From Azolla caroliniana (taxonomy: Eukaryota > Plantae > Polypodiophyta): a stretch of 64,000 nucleotides of DNA. This document shows, piece after piece, positions 55,307-64,000 of this stretch. The stretch is from assembly GCA_043228905.1 (NCBI GenBank), contig JBHGNT010000007.1, positions 22,678,537 to 22,742,536 on the forward strand, written 5' to 3'. Numbering within the stretch: position 1 is the stretch's first letter; each line of letters opens with the position of its first letter. The position numbers and the translations under genes are program-made. A model generated the notes under the pieces. That model worked only from the letters and a program-made list of their open reading frames with translations, was not told the origin of the DNA and searched no databases.

Positions 55307-57575
55307 TGTTGAGAAGAAAACCGGGCATAGGCGGAATCGGAGAAAAAGGCGCATGAACCGGCTCTTACACGGATGGGCGCATGAATTGATATTTTGTACA
55401 TGATTCATAAATGGATCGGCTGATGTAAATACTAAGTAGTACTGTACATTTATTAGGGGATTGTGCGTATCTCTGTTAGAAGGGACATGGAATAAAGCGA
55501 TTTGACTAGGGAGAAAGGGTACCCCCTTTTGGGAACTATTTAAGGAGAGGAGAGAAGGGAGAGAAGATATCGCGCGTTGGCAAGGACGAAGTGCTGCTGT
55601 AGAACCGAGTGCCAAGCTCTCTCTCTCTCTCCTCAAATCGTCGTTCTCTGCGGGTGTCGGGAGTTCGCTGCCTCTGCTTCGTGGACAGCCCGCGTGATTC
55701 CAACAGAGTCTCTCTCCTTCCCCTTTCCCCTCTTGTTTCTTCGAGTCGTGTGGTTGTCTTTGGTGTGCGTGAGTAGGACCCCGTGTCGGGTCCATTACTG
55801 GGTTGCCGATTGTAAGCTATTGAGTATAGTAATCAGATTCCTGTTTTTTTCCTGCTCTTAATCTCTCTCTGTGTACTTGCATCTCTCTCTGTGTACTTGC
55901 ATCGGTTCGTAACGACTTGTGAAAGCTGTCAGATGTACTCCACAGTCCGACACCGGGACGAGCTACACCCGACCTACCCGCCTATGGTCCATTTCAAGTG
56001 GATGGTGGACTTGGTGACGATGCCGATGGGCGTAGGACAGATGCGATACCTGATGCTTGCACGGGAAGACTTAACGAACCAGGTGGAAGGCCGTGCATTG
56101 CAGAACAAGACAACTGCGGCGGTATGCCGGTTCTTGATCGAAGAGGTACTGTGTCGGTACGGGTGCGTCGGGAGGATCGTGGAGGACCGGGGAGAGCTGG
56201 ATGCCCGGGAAACTGAGGAGCTGTTCGACCGGCTAGGCGTCAAACTCTCCCTCACTACGGCGTACAATTCGGAGGCGAACGGAAAGGTAGAACGTGGGCA
56301 CAGGCCGATCGTAAAGGCATTGGTGCGTGCATGCGAAGGGCAGGTTGGGAATTGGCCGCGGCTCCTTCCTTACGCACTATGGGCGGACCGAACTACGCAC
56401 AGTTCAGTGACAGGGTTTATGCCGGCAGAGCTGATGTACGGATAGAAGTCGATCATGCCGATGGAATAGACGGTTTCTTCATGGGCGGCAGTAGATTGGA
56501 AGGACGAAATGAACCGGGAGGAGTTGCTGGCGGTGTGGATTCGGCAACTCAAGCGGAGGCCGGAGGACGTGAAACAGGCGAAGGAAAAGCTGCGAGCGGC
56601 AAGGGAGTGGAACAAGACCCGGTTCAACCGGACGCACCGGTTGCGACCAAAGAAGATCGAGGAAGGTGACTGGGTCTTGGTATACGACAACAGCCTCGAC
56701 AATCATCACAAGGCGGTGCGAAAGTTCGCTAGGAGATGGTTTGGGCCCTACATGGTGACGAGCGCGAACGACAACGGCACGTACCACCTCACGGAACTCA
56801 ACGGGACACGGTTAGCGGTGCCGGTGGCCGGGAAGCGGATCAAAGAGTTCAAGAAGTGGTTCGAAGACGAGCCGGAGCCTGCGAGTGGGAGAGACAACGA
56901 TGATCAGTTTGGGCCCGGCGGAGAATCGGAGAAGGACGAGTGAAGCCGGTTTTCTTCGGTATCTACTTGTCTCTGGCGCATGCCGGTGGATGCGCGGTTT
57001 GGTGGGGGTGGATGTCGAGAAGAAAACCGGGCATAGGCGGAATTGGAGAAAAAGGTGCATGAACCGGCTCTTACACGGATGGGCGCATGAATTGATATTT
57101 TGTACATGATTCATAAATGGATCGGCTGATGTAAATACTAAGTAGTACACATTTATTAGGGGATTGTGCGTATCTCTGTCAGAAGGGACAAGGAATAAAG
57201 CGATTTGACTAGGGAGAAAGGGCACCCCCTTTTGGGAACTATTTAAGGAGAGGAGAGAAGGGAGAGAAGATATCACGCGTTGGCGAGGACGAAGTGCTGC
57301 TGCAGAACCGAGTGCCGGGCTCTCTCTCTCCTCAAATCGTCGTTCTCTGCAGGTGTCGGGAGTTCGCTGCCTTTGCTTCGTGGACAGCCCGTGTGCTTCC
57401 AGCAGAGTCTCTCTCCTTCCCCTTTCCCCTCTTGTTTCTTCGAGCCATGTGGCTGTCTTTGGTGTGCGTGAGTAGGACCCCGTGTCGGGTCCATTACCGG
57501 GTTGCCGGTTGTAAGCTATTGAGTATAGTAATCAGATTTCTGTTTTTTTCTTGCTCTTAATCTCTCTGTGTGTAC

Positions 57576-57626
<51 letters not shown>

Positions 57627-57685
57627 TGGTCCGAGACCCCCGTGGTCCCGCCTCTTTCTACACGCACGTGCGTAACAACGTGACA
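55307..57685 (+). mobile_element. Internally deleted Ty3/gypsy LTR retrotransposon
   Basis: LTR copies at 55307-~55900 (3'-truncated) and 57013-57685. PPT GGTGGGGGTGGA at 57001-57012. Only integrase lies between the LTRs. Confidence 0.9.
55901..56943 (+). pseudogene. Gypsy integrase (partial zinc finger, rve core, C-terminal region) with two in-frame TAG stops
   Basis: TCESCQ; WMVDLV..DRGE..YNSEANGKVERGH; TGFMPAELMYG; RWFGPY. Stops at 56443 and 56467. Confidence 0.9.
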
Positions 57686-58039
57686 ACGTAATGTATGAAT
57701 AAGCACTTCAGCCTCTGAGAGCTTTGTTGTCGCCATTGTTGCCCTTGTACAACCTATTTTCCTGTCCTAGAAAGAATCCTCATGACCCAGAAAGAAAGCA
57801 ACACAATTCCACATTAAACAGACTCTGAGAACTTCGCAACTGCCCCTGCACAACCTATTTTCTTCTCCTACGAAAGCGAGTGACCACCAAAATCAACAAG
57901 AACTAGTAGAGAAGAGTCAATTTATCGTAGTAATCCTCTTCTCTATTCTTAATAACATATTTATGTAGCAAAAATTAGGGAAGTTACAATATACAAAAGG
58001 GAGAGGGAGGGACAATATGTTAAGGAAGTACCTACTCAG

Positions 58040-58691
58040 CTATGGAGGGACCGTTGACATCAACGTCCCGAGAGCGATCCAGTGCATTAGCTCTGAACCC
58101 AATCTTTGTCGAAGGGACTTTAGACATTAGCCTAATGCCAAGGATGATGTGATTGTTATGCAAGAGGTGGTTCGTCTTTAGGCCATCTCAATAGTGGTAC
58201 ATGTTTTGGGAAGCCGACCGAGCAAAGGGGATCTTCGAAATTTGTTACAAGCTTCTATCCAATCAGATTTGGATAAAATGATTGACATTAAGATATTAGG
58301 ATGTGGTTGCTATCAATTGGAATTCGAGAATGGTTAATCAGTTTCTCGTCTCTTGTCTTTGGGCTTAGTGGATCTTAAGGGTGCCCTGATGGTGTTTTAT
58401 CCTTGGCGTCACGGATTTAATACAACTGCATTACAAGAGGATTCAACCGCTATGTTCACTTGTACGGCGGTTTTCGCAGGTTTGGAGAAAGAATGGAGGA
58501 AGATATTGCCTAAATTAGGTGCATCTATTGGTAAGGACTTGGCATTTCAACCATGGACTACGAAGGAGGTTTTGGAAGGAGGAGCTCCATTAGTGAAATT
58601 GTTATGTAGGAAGGGAGATAAATTGTCACAATGGATTTGGTGGCAAAAAACTAGATGGAAATGCTTTTCAGAAAATTCAGAAAGTTGTATA
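58040..58691 (+). mobile_element. L1-type LINE ORF1 remnant (DUF4283-like), cut by the copia insertion
   Basis: IVVHVLGSRPS..DIKILGCGCYQLEFEN..VDLKGALMVFYPWRHGFN..LPKLGASIGK, with internal stops. It ends at the copia LTR boundary. Confidence 0.65.
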
Positions 58692-61600
58692 TGACAGGAA
58701 TGCACGCTCCCTTCCGCCACACTCGACCACAACCAAGTCTAAAATCAAAACACAGAAAAAACGGATAATGAATGCACGACACAGAGGAGAGAAAAGAGTA
58801 CACAGGATGTTTACGTGGAAAACCCAAACTAGGGAAAATCCACGGCAGCCCACAGACTGCGAACTATCACTATATCACAAAGATTACAACAGTGAGCTCA
58901 CGGAGGCAACGACCTCGTGCTCACGATCTTCGCCACAGGCGGCGGTTACAACAGAGGCAACGACCTCTTTGTTTCTTTCTCTCTCTCTCTCTCTCTCTCT
59001 CTTTTTCTGCACTGTTGCGCTCTAATCTTGCGCCAACAAGAATGACAACACCCACACACATCTTAACAACAGTTTGCCCTAAGTCATATTTATACTAATA
59101 TGACTTTTTGGCTATTTACAAATATAGCCCCGATGGACTCTCAGAAACATATTTACGAATATGTCCCTTCATCTGGTGATCACTCTTCACTGGGCCTGCA
59201 TCATCCGGCTCTCACCGGGTCATCCGTAGCCGGGTACTCCTCATCCGGTTCTCACCGGGTCATCCGTAGCCGGGTACTCCTCATCCAGAGGGACCTGTTT
59301 CCTAACAAACTCCCCCTTCACTCGGCATGGGGTGTCTTACTAGTCCGGCCCGCTTCCGACATGCATCTAGCTTGTCAGGTGTCAGTACTTTGGTCAACAT
59401 ATCTGACCCGTTCTCGGCCGTGTGGATCTTCGTCAGCGCGAACTCCTGGTCATCTACTCTTTCCCGGATCCAGTGATACCTACGCTAGATATGCTTCGTC
59501 TGGGAATGGTAGGCCGCATTCTTAGCAAGGTGGATGGCACTTTGACTGTCACAAGAGAGCCGGTATTAATCTTGCCGGATACTGAGCTCTCCGATGAAGT
59601 CCTTCATCCATAATATTTCCTTGCCGGCTTCCACAACCACCATGTACTCCGCCTCCGTGGTTGACAACGCAACCGTCTTCTGCAACCTTGACTGCCATGA
59701 AACAGCTCCCCCTGCATATGTCATTACATACCCGGATGTAGACCGGCTGGTATCCACATCAGCCGACATGTCCGAATCGGTAAAATCGTCAAGTTGAGGT
59801 TTACCGGAGCCGAATCGGAGACACATATTTGAAGTGCCCTTCAGGTAACCGGAGTATCCATTTGACCGCGTTCCAGTGCTCCTTGCCGGGATTGCTCATA
59901 AACCGGCTCACCACTCCGAATGCGTATCCTATATCCGGTCAGGTACACACCATAGCCTACATTAAGCTCCCGACGACAGAGGCATATGGAACTTTCATCA
60001 TATCAGCCTTCTCTACTTTCGTCTTCGGGCTTTGCTTACCGGATAACTTGCAGTTTGCTGGAAGTGTCGATCCGACCAGTTTCGTATCTGACATGTTGAA
60101 CCGTTGAAGCACCTTTGTCACGTATTTCTCCTGTGACAACCATAGTTGCTTCGTTGGCCGGTTCCGGATGATATGCATGCCTAGCATCTGTCTTGCCGAA
60201 CCCAAGTCTTTCATTGAGAAGGTCCGGTTGAGGGCCTTCTTCAGCATCCGAATTTTGGCTTGGTTCCGTCTGACGATCAACATGTCGTCCACGTACAGAA
60301 GGAGTATCAGGAAGTCGCCTCCTTCGAACTTCTTCACAAACACGCAGTGATCGGCCTGCGTCTTGTGGTACCCTTGATCGGTCATGAAGGAGTCGAACTT
60401 CCGGTACCATTGCCAGGGGGCCTGCTTCAATCCGTATAGGCTCTTCTTCAAGCGGCAAACCAGGTGCTCCTTCCCTTTCTCCACGAATCCTTCCGGTTGC
60501 TGCATGTAGATCTCCTCTTCGAGGTCACCGTGAAGGAATGCCGTCTTCACGTCAAGCTGCTCTACCTCGAGGTCCATGCTTGCCGCTATTCTCAGCACCG
60601 TCCAGATGGAGGTCATCTTTACTACCGGGGCAAATATCTCGTCGAAGTCCACGCCCTTCTTCTGCTGGAACCCCTTCACCACGATCTTGGCTTTGTATCT
60701 CGGGGGGTAGCCGACATCTCCCTGTTTCAACTTGTACACCCACTTATTTCAGAGTGCCCGCTTTCCTTTCGGCAACTCCACCAATTCGTACGTATGGTTC
60801 TCATGCAAGGAATCCATCTCATCCTGCATGGCACTTAACTATTTTCGGCTGTGGGTGTCATCCTTCGCTTCTTCGAAGCTTTCTGGCTCCCCCTCATTGG
60901 TTAGCAACACATGCTCTGCATCCGGAAATCTCCCGGGGGGGGGGGGGGGGGGGGGGGGGCCTTCTCTCTCTGAGAGGATATCTCCATCTCTGGGCTTCGG
61001 TAACCGGCTTCTCCATTTTCTCTTCATCCGAATCCGATTCGGGGTCTTGGCCGGTTCCGGTTTCAGCTTCCTCTACTTCTTCTTCTGCCAGTCCGGTATC
61101 CTCACCGTAACCGGCTGGTTCCTCGAGTGCTAACCGGTCTCTTGCTGGTTGGGTCTGCACATCGTAGAATCAATCCTTACCGGTCGACTCCGAGTTCATT
61201 ATCTTCTTCTCCGACTCCCAGTCGGCGAACGTCTTGTCCTCCATGAAGATAATATCTCGACTCCGGAATACCTTCTTGTCGACCATGTCCCACACTCGGT
61301 AGCCGAACTCATCATCGCCGTAACCGAGGAATATGCATGGCCGGGTCTTTGGATCTAACTTTCCTGTCCAGTCCTTAGCAATATGCACGTACACGAGACA
61401 CTTGAACACCTTCAGATGCCGGTAGGACACTTCCTTACTGGTCCATACTCTCTGCAACGTGTCTCCGTCCAAGGGTACTGAGGGTGATCTGTTTATCGCA
61501 TATGTCGCCGTCAACAGTGCCTCAGCCCAAAACTTCTTGGGTAGTTTTGCATGCGCTAACATACTCCAGACCCTCTCCATTATGGTCTGGTTCATCCTCT

Positions 61601-64000
61601 CGGCCAACCTATTTAGTTCCGGCGTCTTCGGCACGGTAAATTCGAGCCGGATTCCCTTCGAGCGTCAGTACTCCTCGAACTGCCCCCGGTATTCACCTCC
61701 GTTATCTGCTCAAACCGTCTTCAGCTTCCAGCCGGTTTCTCTTTCCACTCTCGCGTGGAGCTCTTTGAAAACGGATAACACCTGATCCTTCGTCTTCAAC
61801 GGTGTGGCCCACAGCTTCCGGCTATGGTCATCTATGAACGTCACGAAGTATTGCGATCCTGCGTGTGACTTGGTGTCCACTTGACACACATCAGTATGCA
61901 CCAACTCCAGTGGTGCATTACGTCTCATTGGTGGCCTCGATCGGAAGGAGGTCCGGTTTTGCTTTCCGGCCAGACAATCAGTGCACTTCTCCAAGTGCAC
62001 GTTCTTCACTGGAATGAGGTTGTCGTTTGCAAGCCTTTTCATCCCCTTCTCGCTCTTGTGACACAACCTCTTGTGCCACAGCTCACCGGTAGTGTCGGAT
62101 GCCACGTTCACTTCCTCCGGACATAACCGGGCATTCATAAGGTACAATGTGTTTACCTACCGGGCCCGAGCCACAATCAGGCTCCCTTTGCTGAACTTCA
62201 TAACACCATTCCGGATGCTACCCGTGTAGCCTTCATCATCTAGCCGACCGACTGATATTAGGTTCAGACGAACCTCCGGAACGTGTCGGACATCCTTCAA
62301 CAACAACTTGCATCCGGTTGGTGTTGTCAACCACACGTCTCCTATGACGACAATCCGGCATGTACCTCCATTCCCCATCCGGACACATCCGTGATCACCG
62401 GCTGAGTAGGATGAGAAGCATTTCCGGTTTGGGGTAAGGTGGAACGATGCTCCGGAGTCGACCACCCAGGTCAGCTCGTCGCCGGCAAGGTTTATCTCAC
62501 TCTCCTCGGTGATGAGCATCAACTCTTCTTCACTTGCCGCGATTGCCGTCGTTCCCTTCCGGTCCGGTGTCCGCTTCGGATCGGTACCGTCGGTTTCCTT
62601 GTCTTTTCGGAAATGCCGACAGTTCTTCTGGAAGTGTCCCGGCTTGCCGCAATAGAAACAAGTAGGCCTCCCCCTTGAATTTGACCGTGTCCCCGACTTT
62701 TCCCGGTTGTGGGGGCTACGGTTCCTTTGTCTTCCGCGTTCCGATTCGATAAGGAGCGCTTTGGAGTCGGAGCTCGTATCCTTATCTTTCCGACGCGCCT
62801 CCTCATCTAGCAAGCTCGACTTCACTCTTGCTAGGGATAACCGTTTCCCTTCCGGCTCGGCATTGCCCAAGGTGACAACCAACGTCTCCCAGCTATCTGG
62901 GAGGGAACCGAGTAGGAGTAGTGCTAGTACCTCATCGGCAAGAGGTACTTCCAATGATGTTGCCTCGTGAATCAGCCCCTGGAAGGCATTCATGTGCTCC
63001 GCCATGCTGGAGCCATCTTGGTACCGGAGTCTTACTAGCTTCCGAAATACCGAAACCTGATTGACAACATTTTTGTTCTGAAACATAATGCCGATCTTCT
63101 CCCAGAGCTCATGAGCCTTGCTCTCTTCATTGAAGTTGTTGTATAGGCTCATGTCGATGAAGCACCGTATGTAAGCTGTTGTCTTCATGTGAATCACCTC
63201 CCATATCGCGGCGTCGATTTTGTCCGGTCTCTTGTCCCCGAACTGAACTGGCAACCAAAGGTCTTTAACCACGAGCATGTCCCTCATCTTCGACTTCCAC
63301 ACCGAATAGTTGGAGCCGGTGAGCTTGAACAGGCCTCCCAACGAATTGTCCATTTTTCTGTGTTGCCTTGCTCTGATACCACTTTGACAGGAATGCACGC
63401 TCCCTTCCGCCACACTCGGCCACAACCGAGTCTAAAATTGAAACACAGAAAAAACGGATAATGAATGCACGACACAGAGGAGAGAAAAGAGTACATAGGA
63501 TGTTTACGTGGAAAACCCAAACTAGGGAAAAACCACGACAACCCATAGACTGCGAACTATCACTATATCACAAAGATTACAACAGTGAGCTCACGGAGGC
63601 AACGACCTCGTGCTCACGATCTTCGCCACAGGCAGCGGTTACAACAAAGGCAACGACCTCTTCGTTTCTTTCTCTCTCTCTCTCTCTCTTTGTACACTAT
63701 TGCGCTCTAATCTTGCGCCAACAAGAATGACAACACTCACACACATCTTAACAACAGTTTGCCCTAAGTCATATTTATACTAAAATGACTTTTCGGCTAT
63801 TTACAAATATAGCCCCGATGGACTCTCAAAAACATATTTACGAATATGTCCCTTCATCTGGTGATCACTCTTCACTGGGCCTGCATCATTCGGTTCTCAC
63901 CGGGTCATCCGTAGCCGGGTACTCCTCATCTGGTTCTCACCGAGTCTTCATCATCCGGTCTCACCGGGTCATCCGTAGCCGGGTACTCCTCATCCGGTTC
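58692..64000 (-). mobile_element. Near full-length Ty1/copia LTR retrotransposon (5' LTR runs off the window)
   Basis: 3' LTR 58692-59307; 5' LTR from 63385, roughly 95% identical by eye. tRNA-iMet PBS TGGTATCAGAGC at 63381-63370; PPT AAGGGGGAG at ~59318-59310. Confidence 0.97.
59319..63353 (-). pseudogene. Copia gag-pol polyprotein with several nonsense codons and a frameshift
   Basis: Gag knuckle CFYCGKPGHFQKNC, protease WVVDSGAS, GAG-pre-integrase LWHKRLCH, rve LVHTDVC..AERMN, RT QLDVKTAFLHG..LYGLKQ..LYVDD, RNase H TDSD..STTEAEY..CDSQSAI. Confidence 0.95.

Overview
This is eukaryotic nuclear DNA from a land plant: AT-rich, with spliceosomal introns, GA/CT microsatellites at promoters and TTTAGGG telomere-like motifs. 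Gene and transposon content suggests a non-seed plant such as a fern (inference). Five intron-containing host genes were reconstructed by hand: an At1g04390-like ARM/BTB-POZ gene (5' part, minus), ELP4 (minus, with a U12 AT-AC intron), a FAM172A/Arb2-like alpha/beta-hydrolase-fold gene (minus), a TEY-type MAP kinase (minus), and a ~1144-aa protein (plus) combining an HNH-like domain, a TRF/telobox-type Myb domain and a coiled coil. Mobile DNA includes two diverged MULE transposase 5' halves fused tail-to-tail in inverted orientation (Mu killer-like architecture), a 2.7-kb TIR element with a 4-bp TSD and an internal 1.2-kb palindrome, a near full-length Ty1/copia element inserted into an L1 ORF1 relic, an internally deleted Ty3/gypsy element nested in another LTR, two solo LTRs with TSDs, LINE relics and several minisatellites. 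Family assignments rest on remembered motifs, not database searches, and all exon models and identity estimates are manual.
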